DNA of 64,000 nt from Trueperaceae bacterium (GTDB lineage Bacteria; Deinococcota; Deinococci; Deinococcales; Trueperaceae). Under the pieces are notes generated by a model. The model searched no databases, was not told where the DNA came from, and saw only the letters and a program-made list of their open reading frames with translations. Numbering within the stretch: the first letter of the stretch is position 1; each line of letters opens with the position of its first letter. The translations under genes were made by a program, and so were the position numbers. The DNA lies in contig OZ243956.1 of the NCBI GenBank assembly GCA_965214405.1, positions 3,936,001-4,000,000 on the forward strand, written 5' to 3'. This document shows, in pieces, positions 28,336 through 38,693 of the stretch.

Positions 28336-30882
28336 ATGAATATCCTCGGACGTGTGACCGTCTTGCCCCACCTGCCGGAGCGCATCTCGCGCCTGGACGT
28401 GCTCGCGCGCAACTTGTACTGGACCTGGACGCCGCCCGCCCGCGCGCTTTTTCGTCACCTAGACCGTGAGCTTTGGGAGCGCATCGGGCACAACCCGGTG
28501 GTGTTGCTCCGCGATATCTCGCAAGACCGGCTCGACGAGGCCGCCGCGGACGAGGCCTACGCGGCGCGCTACGACGCGGTGATGGCGGCGTTTGACGCGT
28601 ATTTAGCGCGCGAAGACACCTGGTTCTCTCGCAACATACCCGACGGGGAAGCGCAAACCTACGCCTACTTTTGCGCTGAATACGGCTGGCACGAGGCGGT
28701 GGCGCTTTATTCGGGGGGCTTAGGCATCCTGGCAGGCGACCACACCAAGGCCGCCTCGGACTTGGGCGTGCCGCTCGTGGCGGTGGGGCTCTGGTACCCG
28801 GAAGGATACTTTCACCAGCTCGTCGCCGCCGACGGGCAGCAGGAGGCGATTTATGAACGCCGGAGCCCGCAAGAACTTCCCTTAGAACTCGCCCGTACGC
28901 CGGATGGCGACGAGGCCAAAGTGAGCGTGACCCTGCAGGGCCGCGAAGTCTACCTGCGCGCCTGGCGGGCGAACGCGGGCTGCGTGCCCGTCTATTTGCT
29001 CGACAGCGACCTGCCCGAAAACGACCCCGCCGACCGCATCCTCCTGCAGCGTCTTTATGGCGGCGACCAGCGCACCCGCATTTCGCAGGAGATTATCTTG
29101 GGCATCGGCGGGGTGAGGATGCTTCGCGCCCTCGGTGTGGCCCCCACCGCCTGGCATATGAACGAGGGGCACAGCGCGTTTATGGCCTTGGAGCGTTGCC
29201 GCGAACTCGTCGAGGCGGGCTTGCCCTTCGACCAGGCTCGAGAAGTCATCACCGCGGGCACGAACTTTACCGTCCACACGCCCGTCGCGGCGGGCAACGA
29301 CGCGTTTCCCTTCGACCTCGTGTCGCAGTTTTTCGGCGGCTACTGGGGCTCGTTGGGTCTCAACCAGAGCCAGTTTTTCGACCTCGGGCGCTTCGACCAC
29401 GGCTGGGGCCAGGCATTCAGTATGCCCGCGCTGGCGCTGCGCTTTTCGTCGGGCCGCAACGGCGTGGCCGCGCTCCACGGCGAGACGAGCCGCCGCTTGT
29501 GGAACGACCTCTGGCCGGAGGTGCCCACCGACGAGGTGCCGATCGGTCACATCACCAACGGCGTTCACATGCCGTCGTGGGTCGCCCCCGAAATCCGCGA
29601 CCTCGTCGCCACCGTGATGCCCGAGGGCTGGGAAGAACGTTTTGACGACGCGGCGATGTGGGAGAACGTACGCGAGATTGACGACGCGGCCCTGTGGGCG
29701 GTGCGGAGCAACCTCAAAGAGAAGAGCATCGCCTTTTTGCGGCGGCGGGTGCTTCACCAACTCGTCCGTCAGGGCGCGCTGCCCACGGTGATGCAGGGCG
29801 CGGGCGGCCTTTTGGACCCCAAAGCGCTCACCATCGGTTTTGCGCGGCGCTTTGCGACCTACAAACGCGCCACGCTCATCTTCCAGGATTTGGAGCGTTT
29901 GGAGCGCCTGCTGAACAACCCCGAGCGCCCCGTCCAGCTCATCTTTTCGGGCAAGGCGCACCCCGCGGACAAGCCCGGCCAGGCGTTAATCGCCCGAATC
30001 CAGACGCTGTCGCAAACGCCCGAGTTTGCGGGCAAGATTCTCTTTGTCGAGAACTATGACATCTCGGTGGGGCGCGCGCTCACGCGCGGCGTCGACGTGT
30101 GGCTCAATAACCCGCGCCGTCCTTTGGAGGCCTCCGGGACGAGCGGACAAAAAGCGGCGATGAACGGCGTCTTAAACCTGAGTATTCTTGACGGCTGGTG
30201 GCCCGAGGGTTACAACGGCGAGAACGGCTGGGCCATCGGCACGGGCCACACCCTCGCCGACCCGGCGAGCGCCGACGCCGCCGACGCCGACGCGCTCTAC
30301 AACCTCTTAGAGCGCGAGGTGGTGCCGCTCTACTACAACCGCGACGACCAAGGTGTGCCCAACGCCTGGATGGACCGCGCCAAGGAGGCCGTTGCGACGA
30401 TTACGCCCCTGTTCAACGCGCGGCGCATGGTGCAAGACTACGTGACAGCGTATTATGCCCCCGCTTCACAGCGCACCGCCGAGATGACGAGAGGCGACTA
30501 CGCGCCCGCCAAAGAACTCGCCGAGTGGCGGGGGCGCGTGGTGAACACCTGGCCGGGTCTCTACCTGTCGGGCCGCTTGCTTCAAAACGGGACCCGCCAT
30601 GTGGGCGAGCCCACCGAAGCCGAGGCGGTGCTGCACGCCCAGGGCCTGCCGCACGAAGACCTGCGGGTCGAACTCGTCTACAGCCGCGAAGAGGACGAAC
30701 TTAGGCACGACATCCGCACCGTCGAGATGACCTGCGTTGAAACCTACGGTGACGGCGGCTCGCTCTATAAAGTAACGTTCGAGCCCCACATCTCGGGCCG
30801 CCTCGCCTACGGCGTCCGCGTCTATCCGGTTCACGAGGGGTTAACGAGTCCCTTTGACGTTCACGCGATACGGTGGGCGTAG
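28336..30882 (+). CDS. glgP: Alpha-glucan phosphorylase
   Basis: YSGGLGILAGD, HMNEGH, FARRFATYKRA, EASGTSGQK. Confidence 0.97.
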   Translation: MNILGRVTVLPHLPERISRLDVLARNLYWTWTPPARALFRHLDRELWERIGHNPVVLLRDISQDRLDEAAADEAYAARYDAVMAAFDAYLAREDTWFSRNIPDGEAQTYAYFCAEYGWHEAVALYSGGLGILAGDHTKAASDLGVPLVAVGLWYPEGYFHQLVAADGQQEAIYERRSPQELPLELARTPDGDEAKVSVTLQGREVYLRAWRANAGCVPVYLLDSDLPENDPADRILLQRLYGGDQRTRISQEIILGIGGVRMLRALGVAPTAWHMNEGHSAFMALERCRELVEAGLPFDQAREVITAGTNFTVHTPVAAGNDAFPFDLVSQFFGGYWGSLGLNQSQFFDLGRFDHGWGQAFSMPALALRFSSGRNGVAALHGETSRRLWNDLWPEVPTDEVPIGHITNGVHMPSWVAPEIRDLVATVMPEGWEERFDDAAMWENVREIDDAALWAVRSNLKEKSIAFLRRRVLHQLVRQGALPTVMQGAGGLLDPKALTIGFARRFATYKRATLIFQDLERLERLLNNPERPVQLIFSGKAHPADKPGQALIARIQTLSQTPEFAGKILFVENYDISVGRALTRGVDVWLNNPRRPLEASGTSGQKAAMNGVLNLSILDGWWPEGYNGENGWAIGTGHTLADPASADAADADALYNLLEREVVPLYYNRDDQGVPNAWMDRAKEAVATITPLFNARRMVQDYVTAYYAPASQRTAEMTRGDYAPAKELAEWRGRVVNTWPGLYLSGRLLQNGTRHVGEPTEAEAVLHAQGLPHEDLRVELVYSREEDELRHDIRTVEMTCVETYGDGGSLYKVTFEPHISGRLAYGVRVYPVHEGLTSPFDVHAIRWA

Positions 30883-30992
30883 CGCGTCAGGTAGGCGTTG
30901 AGTTGGAGAGAAAGTGGTGAGTGGTTGGTAATGAGTGGGGAGTGAAGTCAAAAGCTTTTTCTCCCTTGCTCAGAAATGGGTGTGCTCGAGCG

Positions 30993-31679
30993 TTAAAGAT
31001 CTAAGTCCGTGAGCCAGAGCAGCCTCTCCTCGGCTCCAACCGCTTGGGCGGGATAACGCTCCGGGTCGTGCGCGGCTCGGAGCGTATTCGTAAGCGCCTC
31101 CCGTTTCCCCTCACCCGACACCAAAAAGGCCACCACCCGGCTCCGGGAAATCGCGCCCGCGGTGAGGCTCAGCCGTGTGCCCCGCTCCTCGGTACGGCTC
31201 ACAACGGTGAGGCCCTGCGCCTGAACCGCCCCGGTACCCGGAAAAAGGCTCGCCGTGTGCCCGTCCTCGCCCAAGCCCAAAAAGGTGAGGTCGAAGCGGG
31301 GGAGTTTGCCGAGCGTGGCTTGCAGGAGCGTTTCGTAGGTTCGCGCGGCTCCCTCCGGGTCGTTTGGCACGAAGGGCCAGGGGTGGATGTTGTTGAGCGG
31401 CACCGGCACGTGTTTGAGCAGCGCCTCGTCGGCGTTGCCGAAGTTGCTATCTGGGTCGTTGTGGGGGACAAAACGCTCATCACCCCAAAATAGGATGGTT
31501 TGTTCCCACGGGAGGTCGGCTCGAGTCTTGAGGATTTCATACATCGCCAGCGGCGTGGAGCCGCCGGAGAGGAGGGCGACGAAGCGACCTTCTTTTTGGA
31601 CGCTTTCTTTCGAAAGTTCGGTAAATAGGTCGGCGGCGGCCTCGGCAACGGCGGGGACGGTTAGGATTTCGGGTGTCAT
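30993..31679 (-). CDS. pgl: 6-phosphogluconolactonase
   Basis: LSGGSTP, WGDERFVP, DSN, GLGEDGHTASLFP. Confidence 0.96.
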   Translation of the reverse strand: MTPEILTVPAVAEAAADLFTELSKESVQKEGRFVALLSGGSTPLAMYEILKTRADLPWEQTILFWGDERFVPHNDPDSNFGNADEALLKHVPVPLNNIHPWPFVPNDPEGAARTYETLLQATLGKLPRFDLTFLGLGEDGHTASLFPGTGAVQAQGLTVVSRTEERGTRLSLTAGAISRSRVVAFLVSGEGKREALTNTLRAAHDPERYPAQAVGAEERLLWLTDLDL

Positions 31680-31757
31680 GAGGGTGAGTATAAGGGAACG
31701 GGAGCTGGGGAACCGTCCCTCGTCCCCGTTTGCTTTGTTAAGGGTAGACTCGAGCCC

Positions 31758-32342
31758 ATGACACCAACCCGCGAAGACGCTTACAAGCTGATGACGGAGT
31801 GGACCGAGTCCGACTCCTTACGCAAACACATGCTCGCCGTCGAGGCGGCGGTGGTCGCCTACGCCAAGAGGTTTGGTGAGGACGAAGAGGCGTGGGCGGC
31901 GACCGCGCTGCTGCACGACTTCGACTATGAAAAATACCCCGAGCCGAGCGAGGAGGGCCATCCCTTTGTCGGCGTGCGTTATCTGCGAGAAGAGGGCTAC
32001 CCCGAAGAGATGCTTACCGCCATCTTAGGCCACGCCGACTACAGCGGGGTCGCGCGCGAGACGCTTCTCGCCAAAACGCTCTACGCCTGCGACGAGGTCA
32101 CCGGGCTTATTACCGCCGCGGTGCTCGTGCGGCCCGACAAGGATATCGCCAACCAGAGCGTGAAAAGTCTCAAGAAAAAGTTCAAGGACAAGGCATTTGC
32201 CAGAGGCGTGAACCGCGACGACGTGGTGCGCGGGGCTGAGGATTTGGGCGTGGAGCTTTGGGAACACGTAGCGTTCGTGCTGAGCGCGATGCAAGACCGC
32301 GCCGAGACGTTGGAGCTCGACGGACACCTTGCTACGGACTGA
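31758..32342 (+). CDS. HDIG-domain phosphohydrolase
   Basis: LRKH, LLHDFDYE, KDKAFARGVNRD. Confidence 0.9.
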   Translation: MTPTREDAYKLMTEWTESDSLRKHMLAVEAAVVAYAKRFGEDEEAWAATALLHDFDYEKYPEPSEEGHPFVGVRYLREEGYPEEMLTAILGHADYSGVARETLLAKTLYACDEVTGLITAAVLVRPDKDIANQSVKSLKKKFKDKAFARGVNRDDVVRGAEDLGVELWEHVAFVLSAMQDRAETLELDGHLATD

Positions 32343-33015
32343 GCGTGTCAAAGGCCGGGGGGTCGTCCAAGATTTTCCCGTTCCAGCGCCACTCTCCCCG
32401 CCTTTTGAGAGCGAGAGGCCAGACCACCGCGGCGGCGCGACCCGCAATCGCCCCCGTTGGGATGGGGCCAAAGCGCCTCGAGTCCACGCTGCCATAAGGC
32501 CCGCGGTTGTCGCCCAGCACGAACACGTGGTTGGGCGGCACCAACACCTCATCGAACGACGCGTTGCCGAGCCAGTGTTCGCCCAAATACGCCTCGTCCA
32601 GCCGCTCCCCGTTAACAAAAAGCACGCCCTCGTCCATGCGCACCTCATCCCCCGCCACCGCCACGATGCGCTTGATGAAAAAAGGCCGAATCGTAAGGCC
32701 CAACAGCGGCACCTCGATATGCCCCTCCTCCACCTCGGCGGGCGCGCGAAAGTAGACGACGTCGCCGCGCTTGAAACTCCCGAGGCCGAGCCGGTGCAGC
32801 CACACTTCATATTTGGGTACAAAGGCGCGCTCGCCGCTTTGCAGGGTGGGCTGCATCGAGTTGCCCGAGATGCCGACGGTCGTCACGAGAAAGGTGATGA
32901 TCAAAAAAGCGACGAAGAGCGCCTGCAAGATTGACAAAAATGAACCCCAGCCTCCCGAAGAGGTGGGTTCATCGGTTGGGGGATGGCCTCGAGCCTCATC
33001 TACGTTATCTACCAC
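32332..33015 (-). CDS. lepB: Signal peptidase I (copy 2)
   Basis: GNSMQPTL, IKRI, GDNR..SVDSR. Confidence 0.93.
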   Translation of the reverse strand: MVDNVDEARGHPPTDEPTSSGGWGSFLSILQALFVAFLIITFLVTTVGISGNSMQPTLQSGERAFVPKYEVWLHRLGLGSFKRGDVVYFRAPAEVEEGHIEVPLLGLTIRPFFIKRIVAVAGDEVRMDEGVLFVNGERLDEAYLGEHWLGNASFDEVLVPPNHVFVLGDNRGPYGSVDSRRFGPIPTGAIAGRAAAVVWPLALKRRGEWRWNGKILDDPPAFDTLSP

Positions 33016-33054
33016 TGTTGTTTAACCGATTCTATCTAAAACGCAAGGCCACAG

Positions 33055-34062
33055 CTAATTTGCTACTGCGGCGGCGAATGCAGGTGCCTGCACGCGCGGT
33101 TCTATTGCAGGTTTAAGCGCGCCTGTAGGTACGGGCGCGGGATTGGCTGCGGGATCAACCGTAGGGTCCGGCGCGGGAATCTGGCTAAAGGCTGCGGGCG
33201 GCGTCAAGCGTCGCCAGTTCCACTCACCGTCGCGTCTCGGCGGCCAGATGACGGCGGTGGCGCGGCCCGCGACGGCGAGCGCGGGCACCGGGCCGAAGTA
33301 GCGCGAGTCCTCGCTCCCGCCCACGCTGCGGTTGTCGCCCATGACGAAGTAGTAACCCTCCGGGACGATGAGGTCTTGGACAAAAGGCACCCCCTCGGGG
33401 GCGTCTTGGGAGATGGGCGCGAGCGCGGCCAGCGTGGACCCGTAGTAGAGTTGAACCTGCGGGTTATCTGCGGACACAGGCTCTAAGCCGTTCCGACTTC
33501 CCTGCGCGGTGCCGGGCACGAGACCCTGGAAGCCGACGACCTCGCCCCCCTCCACCACCACAACAGGAAAATTCACCGGCTCCGGCGTGATTTCGCCCGA
33601 GGCGGTGATAAAGCTCTGGTCGATGGGGTAGCCGTTCACATAAACCTGACCGTTTTCGATGTGCAAGCGGTCGCCGCCGCGCGCAATAAGCCGCTTGATA
33701 AAGAAGTTGCGGCGGTTCCCAAACTGCGCGGTGGGCGAATTCTCGGGCTCGCGCACCACCACGATTTCGCCGCGGCGATAGGGACCCAGCACGCCCAGAC
33801 GCCGGAGCCACGTGTCGTATTTGGGCAGAAACACGCGGTCGCCCGTCAGCAGCGACTGCAAAATGTTGGACGAGCCGACGCCGCCGTCAAGCGTCGGTCG
33901 CATCGACGAGCCCACCACGCCGACGGTGTTGAAAAGAAACGTCACGACGACAAAAGCGATGACGAGCGCTTCGGCGTAGCCGCGTACCTCGGCCCAGAAC
34001 CGTTGGCTGGGCGTCCGTTTGGGTTGCGTTTTTTGGGGAGCCGCTTTGGAGGGTGGTGCCAT
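33055..34062 (-). CDS. lepB: Signal peptidase I (copy 1)
   Basis: GSSMRPTL, IKRL, GDNR..SEDSR; TACACT before ATG 34062. Confidence 0.93.
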   Translation of the reverse strand: MAPPSKAAPQKTQPKRTPSQRFWAEVRGYAEALVIAFVVVTFLFNTVGVVGSSMRPTLDGGVGSSNILQSLLTGDRVFLPKYDTWLRRLGVLGPYRRGEIVVVREPENSPTAQFGNRRNFFIKRLIARGGDRLHIENGQVYVNGYPIDQSFITASGEITPEPVNFPVVVVEGGEVVGFQGLVPGTAQGSRNGLEPVSADNPQVQLYYGSTLAALAPISQDAPEGVPFVQDLIVPEGYYFVMGDNRSVGGSEDSRYFGPVPALAVAGRATAVIWPPRRDGEWNWRRLTPPAAFSQIPAPDPTVDPAANPAPVPTGALKPAIEPRVQAPAFAAAVAN

Positions 34063-34164
34063 GCCGAACAGTGTACCCCCTCGCCGTCCGCCGCGCGTGG
34101 GCAGAAAGACACCCGTTTCTTTCCCTCTAGTAAACTCGAGCCAAAGACGCGTTACACTTTTCTT

Positions 34165-35391
34165 GTGAACACAGGCAAAGTCGTCAACCGCGCGGGCCTC
34201 GAGCTGCCCCGCACCTGCTACGACACCGCGATCGTCGGCGGCGGCCTGCTCGGTCTCGCCTGCGCCTTTTACCTGCGGCGTTTCGCCCCGGAACGAACGC
34301 TGCTCATTATCGAGGCGGACGGCGTGCCGAGTGAAGAGGGCGCGACGTTTGTTTCGCCCGCGGTCTCGCACCGGGCTTTTGAAGGAGGAGCGCAGCGGCG
34401 CGCGGCGTGGGCCATATCGACCTTGGCGCATTTGGCAGAGGAAACGGGCGTCACGCGTCCTCACGACGTGCCCCTTAGAAATGTTGGCTGGGCGCGCTTT
34501 TCGCAGACACCTCCATCAACCTCCGTGGTGGGGTTGGAGGAGCTCGAGCTAAACACGTTTCTCGGGCTCCTTTCACAAAAAGGTCAGACCGACATCACCC
34601 AACTCCTCAACTTTGAAAAAACAAGTCACGTCCTTTACGACCCCCAAGGCGGCTACGGGGGTGCCGAGGCAGCGGCGCTCCATTTCGGGTTCGGCGCGGT
34701 CGGGTCGGGCGCTGACTTGCTTCTTAACGCGCGCGCGACACTCACCGAGTCAAGGGCGATCAAGCTCGAGCGGCTCGAGTTCGCCCGCGACATGCAGCGC
34801 AAGGTCGTGCGGACGGAAGCTGTTGAAGCCGACACGCTCATCGTCGCGGCGGGGGCGTGGTCGGCGGCGCTTGTTGAAGAGGGTCTGGGTGAGGTCTTGC
34901 GGGTGGGCCGAGTTTACACGCAGTACCCGCGTGTTGAAAAGGACGCGCGGCTAAAGCTTGGGGCGGGCCGGGTGGTGATGCCCGTGTTGGAACACAAAGG
35001 CTTCACCCTCCGGCCCCAGGGCGAGGGCCTATTGGTGGTCCCGCCGCCGCTGTCTCCCGACCCCGCGGGTTACACCCCGACGGGCGGAAATCTCATGGGC
35101 GTACGGACGGGGCTGCGCCGTGAACTTTTAGACACGCTGATGGCGCACGCGGACGACCTGCCGCTGTTGGAGTGGGACACGCTCAACCTCGGTAAAACGG
35201 TCTCTAAGGTGCGGGGCGCCTGGGAGGTGCTGACCGAGAGCGGCGAACCGGAGTGGCGGCGGGTGGGGGAGGCGTACGCGCTGCTCGGCGGGCGTGATGG
35301 CTTTACTCTCGGTTTGGCGGCGGCCTATGACCTCGCGGCTACGCTGGCGGGAGTTGACGCGCGGCCTTGGGATGAAAGGGACGAAGTGTAG
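34165..35391 (+). CDS. FAD-dependent oxidoreductase (DAO-like)
   Basis: IVGGGLLG, IVAAGAWS; GTG start after TACACT. Confidence 0.85.
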   Translation: MNTGKVVNRAGLELPRTCYDTAIVGGGLLGLACAFYLRRFAPERTLLIIEADGVPSEEGATFVSPAVSHRAFEGGAQRRAAWAISTLAHLAEETGVTRPHDVPLRNVGWARFSQTPPSTSVVGLEELELNTFLGLLSQKGQTDITQLLNFEKTSHVLYDPQGGYGGAEAAALHFGFGAVGSGADLLLNARATLTESRAIKLERLEFARDMQRKVVRTEAVEADTLIVAAGAWSAALVEEGLGEVLRVGRVYTQYPRVEKDARLKLGAGRVVMPVLEHKGFTLRPQGEGLLVVPPPLSPDPAGYTPTGGNLMGVRTGLRRELLDTLMAHADDLPLLEWDTLNLGKTVSKVRGAWEVLTESGEPEWRRVGEAYALLGGRDGFTLGLAAAYDLAATLAGVDARPWDERDEV

Positions 35392-37232
35392 ACTCGAGAC
35401 GTTTTCGGCGGCAGCGTCAGTTTTAGCTCGCCCGCCTGGACCGTTACGTCCTCCCCGTCCAGAAACGACGCCAGCGTTTCATCCTTCAAACCAAGCCGCC
35501 ACACGGGCAAGTCCACAGTGCATTCCGCGCCCCGGTTGACCGCTGTGATGACGACCTCCTCGCCCAGAATCCGCCCGAACGCGTACACGTCACCCGCTGC
35601 GTAAAGGGTTTGGATAGCGCCCTCTTGCAGGGCTTGGTGCTCGAGCCGCAGCCGAATGAGTGTGCGGTAATGCGCCAGCAGTTCCCTGTCCCACGCTTCC
35701 TCGTCCCACGGGAAGGTGCGGCGGCAGTCGGGATCGTGAGCACCCTCCACACCCACCTCGTCGCCGTAGTAAACGCAGGGAACGCCGATATAGGTGAATA
35801 GCAGCGTGACGCCCAGCTTCATCAGCGCGCGGTCGCCGCCCACAGCGGTGAGAAAGCGCGCGGTATCGTGCGAGCCCAGCAGGTTGAATTGCGAGAGCTG
35901 GATGGGAAAGGGGAGACGGGCGAGGGCGCGCGTGAACATATACTCCAAATCGCCCGCGTCAACATGAACAGGCTGCTCCCGGTGGTCCAGTCCCGCCAAA
36001 AAAGCGCGGACGGGGAGGCCGAAGCCGTAATAGTTCATCGCCCCGTCCTCCTGGTCGCCCTGAAGCCAAGCCGTCGCCTCGAAAAAATGTTCACCCAGCA
36101 CATAGGCCTGCGGGTTCTCCTCGCGCAACGTCCGGCGGAAGTGACGCACATATTCGGCGTTGTTGCGCGCCCCCGTGCCCTCCCCCAGCATATGAATCAC
36201 GTCAAAGCGCCAGCCGTCGATGCTGTAGGGCGGGCGCAGCCAGCGGCGCAGGATGGCGTCGTCCGCCTCGAACACACGCGCCCGCACCTCCGGATGCGCA
36301 AAGTCGAGCACCGGCAGCGTCCGCACGTCGTACCAGCCCACATAACTTTCAGGGTCGCCCGCGTCCCGAAAGGTGTAAAAGCCGCGCGTCGGCGACGCCT
36401 CACCGCTGTACGCGCCCGCCTCTTGTTCGCCCCTATTTTCACTGTTATTTTCACTATGACGGTCGAACCAGGGATGGCGCTCGGAGGTGTGGTTGACGAC
36501 CGCGTCTAAGACGACACGCATGTCGCGCGCGCGCAACTCATTACAGAGCGCGGCCAGCGCCTCGTCGCCGCCAAAGTGCGGGTCCACATGGTCATAGTCG
36601 GTGGTGTCGTACTTGTGCGAACTCGGCGAGGTGAAGACGGGGTTGAGGTAGAGCGCGGTTACGCCCAAGTCTTGCAAGTACGAGAGCTTTTGGCAGACGC
36701 CCGCTAAGTCGCCCCCGTAGAACTCCCTAGGACCCTGAGACCGCTCCGGCAGCTCGCCCCATGATTTAGCAACGACGGGCTTTCCCTCGTAAAGATACTC
36801 GCCGCTTTGCACGTTGTTCGAGGGGTCGCCGTCAAAAAAACGCTCGGGGAAAATCTGGTAAAAGACGCTCGACCAGACCCAGCGCGCGGGTTCATAGGTC
36901 GTGACGAAGCGAAAATGCACGTCGCGCTCGGGAAAGTAGGGCGTCACACCGCCGCCGCTCAGCCACCACTGCCGCCCATCAACAATGAGTTTGAACGCGT
37001 AGCGCGTCACTTCGGCGCTGGGGTTGAGGCGCAACGGACCCTCCCACACGCTCCAGCGGTCTTCTTGTGAGGCTTGACGCAGCGGGCTCAGGTGCTCCTC
37101 ATTGTCGGGTTCGCTGCGGACCCAAACCGCTTCGGGTTTCGTGTGTTGGGGCACCCGCAATTTTACGATGTAGACGCCGCCTTGGTCCTCGAGGTCACTC
37201 AGGGGCGCGTGAAAGGCAAAAGGTTCATTCAC
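35325..37232 (-). CDS. malZ: Maltodextrin glucosidase (GH13)
   Basis: FYQIFPERF, HKYDT, DGWRFDV, GEHFFEA, SHDTARF. Confidence 0.9.
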   Translation of the reverse strand: MNEPFAFHAPLSDLEDQGGVYIVKLRVPQHTKPEAVWVRSEPDNEEHLSPLRQASQEDRWSVWEGPLRLNPSAEVTRYAFKLIVDGRQWWLSGGGVTPYFPERDVHFRFVTTYEPARWVWSSVFYQIFPERFFDGDPSNNVQSGEYLYEGKPVVAKSWGELPERSQGPREFYGGDLAGVCQKLSYLQDLGVTALYLNPVFTSPSSHKYDTTDYDHVDPHFGGDEALAALCNELRARDMRVVLDAVVNHTSERHPWFDRHSENNSENRGEQEAGAYSGEASPTRGFYTFRDAGDPESYVGWYDVRTLPVLDFAHPEVRARVFEADDAILRRWLRPPYSIDGWRFDVIHMLGEGTGARNNAEYVRHFRRTLREENPQAYVLGEHFFEATAWLQGDQEDGAMNYYGFGLPVRAFLAGLDHREQPVHVDAGDLEYMFTRALARLPFPIQLSQFNLLGSHDTARFLTAVGGDRALMKLGVTLLFTYIGVPCVYYGDEVGVEGAHDPDCRRTFPWDEEAWDRELLAHYRTLIRLRLEHQALQEGAIQTLYAAGDVYAFGRILGEEVVITAVNRGAECTVDLPVWRLGLKDETLASFLDGEDVTVQAGELKLTLPPKTSRVYTSSLSSQGRASTPASVAARS

Positions 37233-37307
37233 GCCCCGCAGCTTAACAGAGCCTAACGGGAGCCAGGGACAAAACCCGTCACCATAAATTCGCCTTATAC
37301 TCACCCC

Positions 37308-37895
37308 ATGCCGCCCGAACGTATACCCGCCGACATCCCCGACGTCCTCCACACCGAACGCCTCACCATTCGCGCCCCCGACGTGTCGGACGCAAGAGCC
37401 GTTTATGAAGCGGTGCTCGAGTCCCTCCCCGAACTCCGCCCCTGGATGCCGTGGGCGGGGCCGAACTATTCGCTTGCCAACGCCGAGGAGCATCTGCTCG
37501 AGGCCGTGGCCCTGTTCATGACCCGCAAAGATTTGCGCTACCACTTTTTCGAAAGAGACACGGGAACGTTTGTGGGCTCGAGCGGCCTCCACCGCATCAA
37601 CTGGTCGGTGCCCAAGTTCGAAATCGGTTATTGGTGCCGAAGCTCCAGAGCAGGTCAGGGCTTCGTCACCGAGACGGTGCGGGCGCTTAGCCAACTTGCC
37701 TTTGAAGACTTAGGCGCGGCCCGCGTCGAAATCCGCTGTGACGATAGGAACGTGCGAAGTTATAGGGTAGCGGAGCGTTGCGACTTTGAACTCGAGGGCG
37801 TCCTGAAAAATGAGGCTCGAGCCCCCGACGGGACTTTGCGCAACACGCGGGTTTATGCTCGAGTGCGTTCTACAGAAGGAAATAAACTGGTTTGA
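37308..37895 (+). CDS. RimJ/RimL-type GNAT acetyltransferase
   Basis: TERL, LRPWMPWA, EIGYW, NVRS.RVAERC. Confidence 0.9.
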   Translation: MPPERIPADIPDVLHTERLTIRAPDVSDARAVYEAVLESLPELRPWMPWAGPNYSLANAEEHLLEAVALFMTRKDLRYHFFERDTGTFVGSSGLHRINWSVPKFEIGYWCRSSRAGQGFVTETVRALSQLAFEDLGAARVEIRCDDRNVRSYRVAERCDFELEGVLKNEARAPDGTLRNTRVYARVRSTEGNKLV

Positions 37896-37943
37896 GCGAG
37901 ATTAAGTTTATGAGTGACTAGAGCATAGAGTTTAACGATTCTC

Positions 37944-38342
37944 TTACTGCCCTCTAGCAAGCAAGTTCTTTAGTTGATTCTTGTGTGCGAAGCCATAAAG
38001 CTTTTCTAGTGCTGTTGTTCGAAAAGCATCGTTTTTAAGCTCTATTTTTCTAGCCACACCCAAATCCAGGTATTCCTTCTCTTGATCTATTCCTAAGAAT
38101 TTTCGGTTGAGCAGATTAGCGGCGATGCCCGTTGTGCTACTACCCGTAAACGGGTCTAAAATCCACGAGTCTTGTTTGCTCGAGGCAAGAATGAGTCGTA
38201 CAAGAACAGCCAAAGGCTTTTGAGTCGGATGTTTACCACAACTTTTTTCCCATTTTGATACTGCTGGCATCTTCCATACATCCTTCATTTGCCTACCGTC
38301 GTTAAGCTCTTTCATCAGCTCATAGTTGTAGTAATGTGACAT
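37944..38342 (-). pseudogene. C-terminal half of a DpnA-like beta-class amino-methyltransferase
   Basis: HYYNYELMKELNDGRQMKDVW, KHPTQKP, DPFTGSSTT; no N-terminal DPPY half. Confidence 0.85.
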
Positions 38343-38345
38343 TTT

Positions 38346-38684
38346 TCACCCATTAACGAAACTGCCTTCGTAATCCGGGACTATCTGAAAAATATTCCAC
38401 AGCCTCTTGTCGTAAAGTTTTGCGAATTCTTCTGGGCTGACTTCTTGCTCTTCACCATCAGCGATTTCATTAAAAAACGTCTTACCGTCAGAAGTATAGA
38501 TGAAATGCGTTCTAACTTGGTAATACCGCATCCCAAAGGCGGGAAGTTCGAATTCACCATCAGGGTCAGGAGTGCGGATGAATTTCTCTGCAACCTTGTC
38601 AGCTAATACTAGCTCAGCTTCGATGTATGTTCTGGGATTATCTATAGCAAGCTTAACTAACTCATTTGTGTTGAGTAACTTCAT
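38346..38684 (-). CDS. Hypothetical low-GC protein
   Basis: 112-aa ORF with AAGGA RBS, co-oriented with the islet. Confidence 0.7.
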   Translation of the reverse strand: MKLLNTNELVKLAIDNPRTYIEAELVLADKVAEKFIRTPDPDGEFELPAFGMRYYQVRTHFIYTSDGKTFFNEIADGEEQEVSPEEFAKLYDKRLWNIFQIVPDYEGSFVNG

Positions 38685-38693
38685 GTTTTCCTT

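Noticed and set aside
28882..29961. Long antisense ORFs (here and opposite malZ, trkH, lepB)
   Set aside because: Typical high-GC shadow ORFs opposite well-supported genes.
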